DNA from: Candidatus Omnitrophota bacterium
GTDB taxonomy: Bacteria > Omnitrophota > Gorgyraeia > Gygaellales > Profunditerraquicolaceae
DNA: 51,341 nt
Direction of reading: 5' to 3'
NCBI GenBank assembly: GCA_025453395.1
Contig: JALOQK010000009.1
Span: forward strand, 1 to 51,341
A program made the position numbers and the translations under genes. The notes below the pieces were generated by a model. It searched no databases and was not told where the DNA came from. It worked only from the letters and a program-made list of their open reading frames with translations. Shown here one piece after another: positions 16,600-26,492 of the stretch (positions within the stretch are counted from its first letter, which is position 1; every line of letters begins with the position of its first letter).

Positions 16600-17568
16600 T
16601 TATCCTTTCAAAACATGCTGTAGATGTGAAAATAAAAGACGCGGATTGACATTTTGTTTTGTGTAATTCAAGGCATCCATTATTTCCTTTAAGAATGCCT
16701 CCAGATTAGCAATAGTATATTTCTTAGATAAGGCAATCAACTTATCCCTATAATCAAGGTTAATAACGCGGCAGGATGTGCCGGCAGTCTTTAAAAGATA
16801 CAAGTCCCTCAACCACAAAGAAAGAACATTTAAGATTAGATACATTTCATTCTTATCAAGGGCGTAGGTTTTCTCGGTAACCGCCTTACCCGAAGCAAAA
16901 AAATCTTCAAAGATCATGTTCTTCTTCTCTAATATATTAGAATCCTTGATCCGCAAGGCCAAACCAATTCTTCCTTCAGAGAAATATGACAAAAAATGCG
17001 CCTTTTCTTTATTAAGAAAATAACTTTCTTCTAATTGCGCGCTTAAGAAATCTCTTTTTAAAGGAAAAAACTTTACCACCCGGCAGCGCGAAACAATTGT
17101 CTTTAACATAAAAGAAGGTTTATGCGTAATAAGTATGATCAAACTTTTATCTGGCGGCTCTTCAAGAACTTTTAAAAGCGCGTTTCCCGCTTCAAGGGTT
17201 AAGTTATGGGCATTATCAATAATAAAAACTTTGTAATTGCCCTCGTAGGCCTTTAAATTTATTTCTTTTTGCAAAAGACGGATATCCTCTATCTTTACCG
17301 ACTCAAGCTGGTCGTTTTCTTCGGAAGTAAACAAATGCACGTCCGGGTGGACAAGCTTATCTATTTTTATGCAAGAACCACACAAGCCGCATGCCTGCGG
17401 ATTTGGCGCCTGACAATTAAGCTGTTTAGCCCAAGACAAAGCAGTAAGTTTTTTACCTACGGCTTCAGGGCCGGTAAAAAGATAGGAAGATGCCATGCGC
17501 TTGGCAAAAGAATATTTCTCAAGCTGCCCTATTGCCTTATCCTGCCCCTTAATCTCTGCAAAATCCAT
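16600..17568 (-). CDS. holB: DNA polymerase III subunit delta prime
   Basis: AAA+ P-loop-like GPEAVGKK, zinc module CGLCGSC and SRC motif VSRCR. The ATG at 17568 is preceded by GGAGAG. Confidence 0.85.
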   Translation of the reverse strand: MDFAEIKGQDKAIGQLEKYSFAKRMASSYLFTGPEAVGKKLTALSWAKQLNCQAPNPQACGLCGSCIKIDKLVHPDVHLFTSEENDQLESVKIEDIRLLQKEINLKAYEGNYKVFIIDNAHNLTLEAGNALLKVLEEPPDKSLIILITHKPSFMLKTIVSRCRVVKFFPLKRDFLSAQLEESYFLNKEKAHFLSYFSEGRIGLALRIKDSNILEKKNMIFEDFFASGKAVTEKTYALDKNEMYLILNVLSLWLRDLYLLKTAGTSCRVINLDYRDKLIALSKKYTIANLEAFLKEIMDALNYTKQNVNPRLLFSHLQHVLKG

Positions 17569-17591
17569 TGAGCCAACTCTCCCCCCGACAC

Positions 17592-18224
17592 TCACTTCGT
17601 TAGGTCGGGGCGTCGCAACCACAATCTATCTATTAACAATCTTATATTCTCTTGTGTTTTGTCCTTATTATCTTGCACATTCACAACCTTGATTCTTTTG
17701 GGTTCTAAGCGCGCCAATTTCAAATATCCCTGATGCACACGCGCGTGATAAGCAATATCACGGCTTTCAATGCGATCCTTGTTCTTCTGACGATGTTTCA
17801 GGCCATCTTTGACCGGCAGGTTCAGAAAAATAGTAAGATCGGGTTTAATCCCGCAAGTAGCAAACGCTCCCATGGATTTAATCGCCTTTATATCTATGCC
17901 TAAGCCATACCCCTGATAAGCAATTGTAGAATCCAAAAACCTGTCGCAGACAATAATATTTCCTTTTGATAAAGCCGGCTTGATAATTTCATCCACCACC
18001 TGCGCACGAGCGGCCATATAAAGAAGGGTTTCTGCTTCAGGAGAAATCTTGCTTTTAGGATCAAGAAGAAGCTTGCGAATTTGCTCGCTTAGCTTTACTC
18101 CCCCCGGCTCACGTAAAAAAATAACCTTATGACGCTTCTTTTTAAGATACTCAAAAAGAAGATGCGACTGCGTACTCTTCCCGCAGCCCTCAGAACCTTC
18201 AAATGTAATAAATCTACCCTTCAT
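17592..18224 (-). CDS. tmk: thymidylate kinase
   Basis: FITFEGSEGCGKST P-loop and DRF motif. The start is trimmed to MKGRF (AAGGAA Shine-Dalgarno upstream). Confidence 0.9.
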   Translation of the reverse strand: MKGRFITFEGSEGCGKSTQSHLLFEYLKKKRHKVIFLREPGGVKLSEQIRKLLLDPKSKISPEAETLLYMAARAQVVDEIIKPALSKGNIIVCDRFLDSTIAYQGYGLGIDIKAIKSMGAFATCGIKPDLTIFLNLPVKDGLKHRQKNKDRIESRDIAYHARVHQGYLKLARLEPKRIKVVNVQDNKDKTQENIRLLIDRLWLRRPDLTK

Positions 18225-18416
18225 AGTTTCCTTAAGTCTGCTTTCTGGTTTTTGCTTCCGGCACTGATCCCGACGTAACGTCGGGACTAATGTGCCTCCA
18301 GCAAAAACCATCAAGAAATAATTAAACGCTGACAAACTTCCAGGTGTAATCCTAAAATCTTTTTAAATCCCCCAATCATTGTTTTTACAAATACCGAGGC
18401 ATGTTTCTCTGCCTTA

Positions 18417-18500
18417 AAAGCGCAAAGCTAAAAGCGTAAAGCGAAAAACTATAGTGTAAAATTTAAAACGTTTTGAGCTTTAAATTATGGTTTTACCTGC
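18417..18500. repeat. GCGTAAA-family element, fourth copy
   Basis: AAAAGCGCAAAGCTAAAAGCGTAAAGCGAAAAACTATAGTGTAAAATTTAAAACGTTTTGAGCTTTAAATTATGGTTTTACCTGC aligns with 2578-2653 and 12117-12199. Confidence 0.85.
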
Positions 18501-18509
18501 TAAAAATAT

Positions 18510-19913
18510 CTATAATTTCCTACGCCAGGTGGTGCCGTTTTTGGTATCCTCTAAAATTACGCCTTTTGCTTCCAAATCTTTTCTAATTTGGTCTGCTTCA
18601 GAAAATTTCTTTTCTTTCTTAAGCGCAATTCTTTTATCAATCAAAACTTTAATCGCGTCAGCATCATCTTCTAGTCCTTGCGCAGTAAAATCAAGTTTTA
18701 AACCCAACAAACCTGACAAATCCTTTAAAAGACTTCTAGCATGAGAGACAAAATAAGGATCATTGATATTTTTATTGGTTAAATTCACTAATTCAAAGAT
18801 ACTCGCCAATGCTTGAGGAGTATTAAAGTCATCATCCATAGCCTTGACAAAATCATCCTTAACTTTTTCTATCTGCGGTATCTTTTCTGACTTCCGGCTT
18901 CTGATTTCTGACTTCTGGCTCTCTATTTTCCCAAACAGTATCGAAATCCGTTCCAACGCTTGTTTTGCTTCGCTTATTTTCTCATCAGTGTAATCCATGG
19001 GGCTAGAGTAATGCGCGGATAAGAAGAATAATTTCAGGAAATCTGCGTTCTTATACTTATCCATAAAATCTTTTATGGTAATAAAATTCCCTGATGACTT
19101 TGCCATCTTCTGGCCGTTGATAGTCAATAACCCCCCATGCATCCAATATTTGGCAAAAGGCTTTTCCGTCAAGGCTTCTGCTTGGGCGATTTCATTCTCA
19201 TGATGCGGGAAAATTAAATCTCTTCCCCCTGCGTGAATATCCAAGGTGTCCGTCTTTAGAAACTTCTGGCTCATCACCGAGCACTCTATGTGCCAACCTG
19301 GCCTGCCCTTTCCCCAAGGACTTTCCCAAAACGGCTCATTTTCTTTTGATCTCTTCCAGAGCGCAAAATCTAAAGGATCTTTTTTGTGTTCTGATGGATC
19401 AATCCGGGCGCCAGTTTCCATCTCTTCTATATTCTGCCCCGATAATTTTCCATAATCAGGGAAACTTCTCACATTAAAATATACATCGCCTCCTGCTTCA
19501 TAGGCATGGCCTTTTTCAATCAATGCCTCGATGTATTTTATCATCTCCGGAATATTTTCCGTTGCCCGCGGCTCAAAATCCCCTCGCAGAATACCCAGGC
19601 TGTCTAAATCCTCATGATAACTTTTGATATATTTATCAACCAGTTCTTTCCAATCAGTTTTTAGTTCATTGGCGCGCTTGATGATCTTATCGTCTATATC
19701 GGTAATATTGCGCACAAAATTGACCTTAAAACCTCTATACTTTAAATAACGGCGGATAACATCAAAAATATACAGGCTTCTGGCGTGTCCTATGTGGCTT
19801 TGATCATAAACCGTTACTCCGCAGGTATAGATATTAACATTAGGAGGGCTTAAAGGAACAAACTCTTCTTTTTTACGCTCTAAAGAATTATAAATATAAA
19901 TCATAGTAGTCAT
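18510..19913 (-). CDS. cysS: cysteine--tRNA ligase
   Basis: HIGHARS and KMAKSSGN class-I signatures and the DDDFNT anticodon-domain motif. Confidence 0.93.
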   Translation of the reverse strand: MTTMIYIYNSLERKKEEFVPLSPPNVNIYTCGVTVYDQSHIGHARSLYIFDVIRRYLKYRGFKVNFVRNITDIDDKIIKRANELKTDWKELVDKYIKSYHEDLDSLGILRGDFEPRATENIPEMIKYIEALIEKGHAYEAGGDVYFNVRSFPDYGKLSGQNIEEMETGARIDPSEHKKDPLDFALWKRSKENEPFWESPWGKGRPGWHIECSVMSQKFLKTDTLDIHAGGRDLIFPHHENEIAQAEALTEKPFAKYWMHGGLLTINGQKMAKSSGNFITIKDFMDKYKNADFLKLFFLSAHYSSPMDYTDEKISEAKQALERISILFGKIESQKSEIRSRKSEKIPQIEKVKDDFVKAMDDDFNTPQALASIFELVNLTNKNINDPYFVSHARSLLKDLSGLLGLKLDFTAQGLEDDADAIKVLIDKRIALKKEKKFSEADQIRKDLEAKGVILEDTKNGTTWRRKL

Positions 19914-19979
19914 ACTTTTATATTAGATTTTTGCGCATGGCTTGGCTTGATTTCGACAGAAGCAAAAATCTATTAATTA

Positions 19980-20657
19980 TTATTTCTCTAATTTCTTAAT
20001 TCTGTTTTCCAATTCTTCTATTGATTGCATGATCGGGTCAAGGGTATGAATATGATCAAGGTTTACTTCTATTTTCTTGCCGTCCTGCTTGGTAATCTTT
20101 CCCGGAACACCCACTACCGTGGAATTAGGCGGCACATCTTTTATTACAACCGCGTTTGCTCCAATGTAAGAGTTATCTCCAACAGTAATATTGCCCAAAA
20201 CTTTTGCTCCCGCTCCAACAACCACATTATTGCCAACAGTTGGATGGCGCTTGCCCTGCTGGATACCAGTTCCTCCTAAGGTAACCCCCTGATAAAGAAG
20301 CACATTATCTCCCACAACCGCAGTTTCACCGATAACTACTCCCAAGCCATGGTCAATAAAAAGCCCCCTGCCAATTCTTGAGCCGGGATGGATTTCAATG
20401 CCGGTAGTAAAACGCGCGAATTGGCTTATGCAGCGGGCAAAAAATACAAGATTTATTTTATAAAGAAAATGCGCGATGCGGTAGTAGATTATGGCGTGCA
20501 GCCCCGGGTAAAGCACAATAATCTCCAATAACCCCTTTGCCGCAGGATCCTTGGCCTTGGCGCAGCTGATCTCTTTATTAAAGATTAAAGCTATAAAAGC
20601 TATCTTTAGAATATACAAAACAAGCAAAATAAATATAATCTGGGAAATAATAGCCAT
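19980..20657 (-). CDS. cysE: serine O-acetyltransferase
   Basis: [15 protein letters not shown] and left-handed beta-helix hexapeptide repeats. Has an unusually hydrophobic first ~25 residues. Confidence 0.85.
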   Translation of the reverse strand: MAIISQIIFILLVLYILKIAFIALIFNKEISCAKAKDPAAKGLLEIIVLYPGLHAIIYYRIAHFLYKINLVFFARCISQFARFTTGIEIHPGSRIGRGLFIDHGLGVVIGETAVVGDNVLLYQGVTLGGTGIQQGKRHPTVGNNVVVGAGAKVLGNITVGDNSYIGANAVVIKDVPPNSTVVGVPGKITKQDGKKIEVNLDHIHTLDPIMQSIEELENRIKKLEK

Positions 20658-20662
20658 ATTGA

Positions 20663-21139
20663 TTATTCCTCCTTAGCCACCATTGCTACGGCATAACTGG
20701 CAACAGCTTCTTTCTTGCCTGTTTCCCCGCAACCCTCATTGGTTTTAGCCTTAATACTTATACAATCTGCGCGCAGGTCTAAAATCCGCGCCAGATTCTC
20801 TTGTATCTGTTTTTTATAAACACCCAGCTTAGGTTCCTCGGCGATAATAACTGTATCAATATTGATAAGCTTATAGCCTTTGTCACGGATTAATTCATAG
20901 ACTTTAATCAAAAGCTCGGTGCTGGCGATACCTTCAAAACGCGGCTCATTATCCGGAAACTGCTCTCCGATGTCCGCCTCACAAACCGCTCCCAAAAGCG
21001 CGTCACATATGGCGTGCAACAGGACATCCCCATCTGAATGCCCTAAAAGCCCTTTACTGTGGGGAATTTCCACTCCTCCGATAAAAAGCGGCCTGCCTTT
21101 AACTAATCTATGTAAATCATAACCTATACCAACGCGCAT
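20663..21139 (-). CDS. ispF: 2-C-methyl-D-erythritol 2,4-cyclodiphosphate synthase
   Basis: IGYDLHRL and [10 protein letters not shown] motifs. Length 158 aa. Confidence 0.92.
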   Translation of the reverse strand: MRVGIGYDLHRLVKGRPLFIGGVEIPHSKGLLGHSDGDVLLHAICDALLGAVCEADIGEQFPDNEPRFEGIASTELLIKVYELIRDKGYKLINIDTVIIAEEPKLGVYKKQIQENLARILDLRADCISIKAKTNEGCGETGKKEAVASYAVAMVAKEE

Positions 21140-21144
21140 AAAAA

Positions 21145-21870
21145 CTAATCCTTTCTTTTGATGATCTCTCCGGTGATAACCAAATCTTCGGCAGTTGTAA
21201 CTTTAATATTGCTATAAGCGCCTAAAACCATGCTGACCTTATGCCCTGTTTTCTCTACAAGCATAGCATCGTCGGTTACATCAAATTTACCGTACTTCTT
21301 GTACGCGCTTAAAATAATATCTTTCTTAAAGCCTTGCGGCGTCTGCGCCTCCCAAATGAGTTTTCTATCTAATGTTTTTTCTACGAGTATTTGATTCTGA
21401 ACTTTTGGATTTTTACTTATAATTTCTCCTTTTTCCTTTTTCCTTTTGACTTGTTTTATCGTCGCCTTAACCGGCACACCCGCCACTGCCGCCCCACTTT
21501 TTGAGACTTCTTTTAAGACCCGGCTTATAATTTCACCGGTTACAAAGGGCCTGCCGGCGTCATGAATTAAGACTATTTCTGAACAATTACTGACTTGACT
21601 CAATCCGCAAGCTACAGAATCCTGCCGCCTTAAACCGCCTAAAACTATTTTTCCCGCTTTATCTATCCGGTAACGACGAATAATCTTAAAAACTTCCTGA
21701 CAGATACGCTTATTGACTACGACAATAATTTCGTCTATGCACGGATGACGGTTAAATACTTCCAAAGAATAAGCCAATAGCGGCTTGCCGGATAATTTTA
21801 TTAAGGGTTTAGCTACGCGGGATTTCAGGCGCTTGCCTTTTCCCGCCGCGACAACTATTGCTGTTACCAT
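21145..21870 (-). CDS. ispD: 2-C-methyl-D-erythritol 4-phosphate cytidylyltransferase
   Basis: AAGKGKRL, HDAGRPF and AQTPQGF motifs. Carries a ~20-aa lysine-rich insertion encoded by a heptamer tract. Confidence 0.9.
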   Translation of the reverse strand: MVTAIVVAAGKGKRLKSRVAKPLIKLSGKPLLAYSLEVFNRHPCIDEIIVVVNKRICQEVFKIIRRYRIDKAGKIVLGGLRRQDSVACGLSQVSNCSEIVLIHDAGRPFVTGEIISRVLKEVSKSGAAVAGVPVKATIKQVKRKKEKGEIISKNPKVQNQILVEKTLDRKLIWEAQTPQGFKKDIILSAYKKYGKFDVTDDAMLVEKTGHKVSMVLGAYSNIKVTTAEDLVITGEIIKRKD

Positions 21871-22853
21871 TATTGGTGCTCTAACTTTGTAAAAATCATT
21901 CTGCCGGCCTGCGTCTGTAAAACAGAAGTAACCTCTACTCTTACTTCCTGACCGATTAATCTTCGGCCGTCTTCTACCACAACCATAGTGCCGTCGTCAA
22001 GATACCCTACTGCCTGATTATGCTCTTTGCCTTCTTTAATAAGCTTAACCTGCATTTTCTCCCCCGGGAAAACTACCGGCTTTAAGGCATTAGCCAACTC
22101 ATTAATATTAAGAACGCCTACCCCTTGTAAAACTGCCACCCGGTTTAAATTAAAATCCACGGTCATGACTTTCGCATCCAAAAGCTTTCCCAGTTTAATA
22201 AGCTTGGCATCCACCTCAACAGTTTCCGGGAATTCTTCTTCATTAAGGATAATATCCTGGCTTAATTCTTTTTGTATCGCGTGCAAAACCTCAAGGCCGC
22301 GCCTACCCCTTTGCCGTTTTATCGGGTCAGTAGAATCAGCGATCTGCTGCAGCTCTTTTAAAACAAACCTTGGAATAACAACCTTACCGTCTAAGAATTT
22401 GGTCTTTAAAATATCCTGGACTCTCCCGTCAATGATCACGCTTGTATCTAATATAACTAACTCTTCCCATTGATCTTGCCTTTTAAGGCGCACATAAGGG
22501 ATAATAATATTGAACTCATCTTTACCGCGCAAACCCAAAACCATTCCCAGATAACAAAAAATAAGAGTCAATATAAGCCGCACGATCGGAAGGGAATCCA
22601 CAGGGATAGGCGCCAAGACAAAGGCGTCTGTAACAAGCTTGGCCATGATCAAGCCTAAGATCAAGCCAAAAACAGAGCTGGACAGGCCCCTTACTGAAAC
22701 CGTACGCAAACCAATCTCCATAATAATAATTACTAATCCTCCTACGGCTCCGATAACCGCGCCCCAAATATTTGGGTTTCCAAATGGAAGGGCCTGATAA
22801 CCCGCGATCGAACTACCAACTATAAACAAAATACGAAGCAATAATAAATTCAT
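21870..22853 (-). CDS. membrane-anchored PIN/TRAM-domain protein (YacL-like)
   Basis: N-terminal TM helices, a PIN-like core ([10 protein letters not shown]) and a C-terminal TRAM-like beta domain. AGGAGG upstream. Confidence 0.75.
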   Translation of the reverse strand: MNLLLLRILFIVGSSIAGYQALPFGNPNIWGAVIGAVGGLVIIIMEIGLRTVSVRGLSSSVFGLILGLIMAKLVTDAFVLAPIPVDSLPIVRLILTLIFCYLGMVLGLRGKDEFNIIIPYVRLKRQDQWEELVILDTSVIIDGRVQDILKTKFLDGKVVIPRFVLKELQQIADSTDPIKRQRGRRGLEVLHAIQKELSQDIILNEEEFPETVEVDAKLIKLGKLLDAKVMTVDFNLNRVAVLQGVGVLNINELANALKPVVFPGEKMQVKLIKEGKEHNQAVGYLDDGTMVVVEDGRRLIGQEVRVEVTSVLQTQAGRMIFTKLEHQ

Positions 22854-22924
22854 AGAACCTCCTTGCGTAGAAAACGCACACTTTGCCTTCCGATAGGCAA
22901 AGGTGTTAGTATAAAATGTACCAC

Positions 22925-24292
22925 CTATTTCAATATAATATCCAAAACTTGTTTTAAACTTGAGACTGGGATTATCTCTAGACCAAATTTACCGCTATTT
23001 GTACCTTTTTTCATATTGCTTGATATAAAACAACGCTTAAATCCCAGCCTTGAAGCCTCATTAATTCTTGAAGCAACTTGCGCGATACTTCTTACTTCTC
23101 CGGATAAACCTACTTCACCTAAGAAAATAGCATCTTCCGGAACAACTTTATCTTTAAAAGACGAAGCGATTGCCACCGCAACTGCCAAATCCGCGGCAGC
23201 ATCATCTATCTCCATGCCGCCTGCCACATTAATAAAAATATCCTCCAGCTCTAAATGGAATCCTATCTTTTTCTCTAAAACCGCGATAATTATATTCAAG
23301 CGGTTAGCATCAAACCCCTGGCTTCTTCTTAACGCGTACCCAAAACTGGATTTACTAACCAAAGCCTGGATCTCAACTAACAATGGACGGGTTCCTTCTA
23401 AAACAGAAGTCACCACAGACCCCGCCACTGCTTTAGGTTTCTCTGCCAAGAATATCTCTGAAGGGTTAGCTACCTGTTTTAACCCCTCATTAGTCATCTC
23501 AAAAACACCGATCTCATTTGTTGAACCAAAACGGTTTTTTACCGCGCGCAAGATCCGGTACGCGGAAAACCTGTCGCCCTCAAAATATAAAACCGTATCC
23601 ACAATATGTTCCAATACGCGCGGGCCGGCGATAGAACCGTCTTTGGTAACATGGCCTATAATAAAAAGGGAAATTTCCTTTGCCTTGGCAATCTGAGTTA
23701 ACATCCCGGCGCATTCACGCACTTGAGCTACGCTTCCGGAAGCCGAACCGATATTGGGGTCAAAAATAACCTGAACCGAATCCACTACCACCACATCAGG
23801 CTTGATCTTATTTATATATTCAACAATTAAAGATAAATCCGTCTGGTTAACAATATAAAGCTTATCGGCTTTAAACTTCTCGCCTAACCGTGCGGCGCGT
23901 AAGCTGGATTGAACAACAGATTCTTCAGCGCTTACATAAAGGACTTTCTTATCTACGGCTAATCCGCAGCAGACCTGCAAAGCAATAGTAGATTTACCTA
24001 TTCCCGGGTCTCCGCCGATAAGCACAACTGATCCTGCGACTAGGCCTCCGCCTAACACGCGGTCAAATTCAGCGATCCCGGTTTTAATCCTTTTCTCTGT
24101 CCCCTTTTCAAGCTCTTTTAAAAGAACCGGCCCTTCTTTATACAGGCTTGACTTTTGTTTATCTTGAGACTGGCAGGCCTGGTAATCTTCCTCTATAAAG
24201 GAATTCCACTTTCCGCAATCCGGGCACTTGCCCAGCCACTTGGGAGACTGAAAACCGCAGGAGCTGCAGCTAAAAACAACGCTTTTTTTCAT
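22925..24292 (-). CDS. radA: DNA repair protein RadA
   Basis: N-terminal zinc ribbon [15 protein letters not shown], Walker [10 protein letters not shown], the KNRFG motif and a Lon-like C-terminal domain. Confidence 0.93.
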   Translation of the reverse strand: MKKSVVFSCSSCGFQSPKWLGKCPDCGKWNSFIEEDYQACQSQDKQKSSLYKEGPVLLKELEKGTEKRIKTGIAEFDRVLGGGLVAGSVVLIGGDPGIGKSTIALQVCCGLAVDKKVLYVSAEESVVQSSLRAARLGEKFKADKLYIVNQTDLSLIVEYINKIKPDVVVVDSVQVIFDPNIGSASGSVAQVRECAGMLTQIAKAKEISLFIIGHVTKDGSIAGPRVLEHIVDTVLYFEGDRFSAYRILRAVKNRFGSTNEIGVFEMTNEGLKQVANPSEIFLAEKPKAVAGSVVTSVLEGTRPLLVEIQALVSKSSFGYALRRSQGFDANRLNIIIAVLEKKIGFHLELEDIFINVAGGMEIDDAAADLAVAVAIASSFKDKVVPEDAIFLGEVGLSGEVRSIAQVASRINEASRLGFKRCFISSNMKKGTNSGKFGLEIIPVSSLKQVLDIILK

Positions 24293-24299
24293 AAAAAAC

Positions 24300-24911
24300 C
24301 TATTTTACTTCTTTGGCGCGGAAGAAAAGTTTCCAGGGATTCTTACGTATATCAGCGACAAACGCTTCTAATTCATTATACAAAGTACCGTCATTTATAA
24401 ACATGCCTAAAGTGCCTTCTCCGCTTTCTACCTTATTTAATATTGCGCCTAAATTATTCCCAATACCCTTAAGAAGCTCCCCCATTTCTTGTGTTGCCAT
24501 AGGATCATTACCTACGATCTCCTGTTTATGCCCCAAACAAGAAGCATAATTCTTGCCCGGCATAATCTCAATATACTTTTCTCCCAGCAGGCCCAATGTA
24601 TTCACCCAAACCTGCGAATCAACCGGGATAAACACATCTTTTCTTAACCAACAAGTAATCTTTATTTTTTGCCTGCCTTCATGACAAGACATAAAATCTA
24701 TCTTTTTAACTACTCCTACATCTACTCCTGCCACACGTACCGGAGCGCCCAGCTTTACCCCATTTACAAAATTAAAAATACAATTTATTTTATAACCTGA
24801 AGACCAGGTCTTAAAACCTCCAATAGACAGGATAAACGTTGCTAAAATCACAAAACCGATAAAGACAAATATCCCCACCTTTAATTCTAATTTTGTTTTA
24901 CCGAATATCAT
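24300..24911 (-). CDS. mlaD: MCE-domain protein MlaD-like
   Basis: Single N-terminal TM helix followed by an MCE-type beta domain. Sits downstream of mlaE and mlaF. Confidence 0.7.
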   Translation of the reverse strand: MIFGKTKLELKVGIFVFIGFVILATFILSIGGFKTWSSGYKINCIFNFVNGVKLGAPVRVAGVDVGVVKKIDFMSCHEGRQKIKITCWLRKDVFIPVDSQVWVNTLGLLGEKYIEIMPGKNYASCLGHKQEIVGNDPMATQEMGELLKGIGNNLGAILNKVESGEGTLGMFINDGTLYNELEAFVADIRKNPWKLFFRAKEVK

Positions 24912-24924
24912 TTTTATCCTCCGT

Positions 24925-25686
24925 TTATCTTAGGCAACCCAAAGTCTCGGTTATAGGCCCGTTGGCAAGGCCGTTAACGAACTGATGCACCACCGGATGC
25001 GCTGTATTTTTTATTTCATCAGGTGATCCTTCAGCGATAATCTTGCCCTGATAGAGCATAGCAATCTTATCAGCTACCTTATAAGCACTTCTCATGTCAT
25101 GGGTAACTACAATTGAAGTGACCTTTAATTTATCATGCATGCTTATTATTAACTCATCAATACTATCTGCGGTAATTGGATCAACCCCGGTAGTGGGCTC
25201 ATCGTATAGAAGAATTTCTGGCCTAATGCAGACTGCGCGGGCCAAAGATACGCGCTTCTTCATACCACCGCTTAACTCCGCGGGCATCAAATTACCTATG
25301 CCACACAATCCCACAAGCGCTAAAGATTCTTCCACGCGCTCTAACAGCTCTTTTTGGGGAAGCTTATGATGCTCAATCAAACCAAACCCCACGTTCTCCG
25401 CCACAGTCATAGAATCAAAAAGTGCCCCGCCCTGAAACACAAGGCCAATCTTCATCCTGACTTTGTTTATTTCTTTTTCATTTAATTGAGAGACATCTCT
25501 ACCATCAACAACAATCTCGCCTTTATCCGGTTTGAGTATCCCTACTATATGTTTCAACAAGACACTCTTGCCGCAGCCAGACCTGCCGATAATAACACAA
25601 GTTTTTCCGGCTTCAACTCTAAGGTTTAAACCATCTAAAACCTTGCGCCCACCTAAAACTTTAGTCGCGTTTTTTATGTCTATCAT
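24925..25686 (-). CDS. mlaF: ABC transporter ATP-binding protein MlaF-like
   Basis: Walker A GRSGCGKS, signature LSGGMKKR and Walker B LLYDEP. The start is trimmed to MIDIKNAT, giving an ATGA overlap with mlaE. Confidence 0.85.
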   Translation of the reverse strand: MIDIKNATKVLGGRKVLDGLNLRVEAGKTCVIIGRSGCGKSVLLKHIVGILKPDKGEIVVDGRDVSQLNEKEINKVRMKIGLVFQGGALFDSMTVAENVGFGLIEHHKLPQKELLERVEESLALVGLCGIGNLMPAELSGGMKKRVSLARAVCIRPEILLYDEPTTGVDPITADSIDELIISMHDKLKVTSIVVTHDMRSAYKVADKIAMLYQGKIIAEGSPDEIKNTAHPVVHQFVNGLANGPITETLGCLR

Positions 25687-26492
25687 GGGAATATAAAGTA
25701 AAATAAAGCAGTAAAGAAACAATCTGCTACGATTATCATTATAAACGAAGTCACCACACAACGCGTAGTCGCCCTGCCCACGCCTTCGGCGCCTCCCTGC
25801 ACATTAAATGCCTCAAAACAGCTTACCCAAGCGATAATCATTCCAAAAAACGTCGTCTTAAATAATCCTGTAAAAAGATCTTTATACAGAAGAGAATCAA
25901 AAGTGACATTAAGGTACATGTCACTGGAAATACCTAACCTAAATACACAAATAATATAACTACCTAATATCCCGATAATATCCGCGTACAAAGTCAAAAG
26001 CGGTACCATGAAGGCAAGTGCTAAAAGACGCGGCACAACAAGATACTTTATGGGATTAGTAGCAAAGGTCTCAAGGGCATCTATCTGCTCGGTAACCTGC
26101 ATGGAGCCTAATTCCGCGGTAATAGACGCACCCACTCTTCCGGCAACTATCAGAGCAGTTAACACTGGGCCCAATTCCCTGACCAATGATAAAGCCACCA
26201 TACTGGAGATGTAAATCTCTGAACCCAGCCGTTGCATAAAATAAGCGGTCTGAAGCGCGAAGATAAACCCAATAAAAAGCGCTACCAATGAAACAATCGG
26301 CAGGCTATCAAACCCTGCTTTCTTTGCCTGCTCAAAGAATTTATCACGTTTAAAAGGAGGGACAAAAATAAGGTAAATAGACTGAAAGGCAAGGTTGGTC
26401 ATCCCGCCCAGGAAATACATCGTATCAACGACTGTTCTGCCGATGGTCAGGAAAAAATTAATCAACGCTTGTTTCAAATGCCAGATCGTCAT
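25683..26492 (-). CDS. mlaE: ABC transporter permease MlaE-like
   Basis: MlaE/YrbE family pattern with TEQIDALE-like [10 protein letters not shown]. The start may be at the internal MYFLGG, because the ORF overlaps the clpC end. Confidence 0.82.
   Translation of the reverse strand: MTIWHLKQALINFFLTIGRTVVDTMYFLGGMTNLAFQSIYLIFVPPFKRDKFFEQAKKAGFDSLPIVSLVALFIGFIFALQTAYFMQRLGSEIYISSMVALSLVRELGPVLTALIVAGRVGASITAELGSMQVTEQIDALETFATNPIKYLVVPRLLALAFMVPLLTLYADIIGILGSYIICVFRLGISSDMYLNVTFDSLLYKDLFTGLFKTTFFGMIIAWVSCFEAFNVQGGAEGVGRATTRCVVTSFIMIIVADCFFTALFYFIFP

Noticed and set aside
20580-20657. Hydrophobic N-terminus of CysE as another repeat-derived segment (contains AGCTATAAAAGCTAT).
   Set aside because: Only two AGCT-spaced units are present, and the periodicity is too weak to distinguish from chance.
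22863-23696. 277-aa plus-strand ORF, plus the many other ORFs of 60 to ~180 aa antisense to strong genes (for example 14135-14668, 22027-22473, 27335-27745, 29629-30102, 41754-42167, 42657-43028, 46016-46465).
   Set aside because: Each lies entirely opposite a gene with clear family motifs. Their translations are low-complexity (S/L/I/K/F-rich) with no recognisable motifs and no Shine-Dalgarno. This is typical of shadow ORFs in AT-rich DNA.
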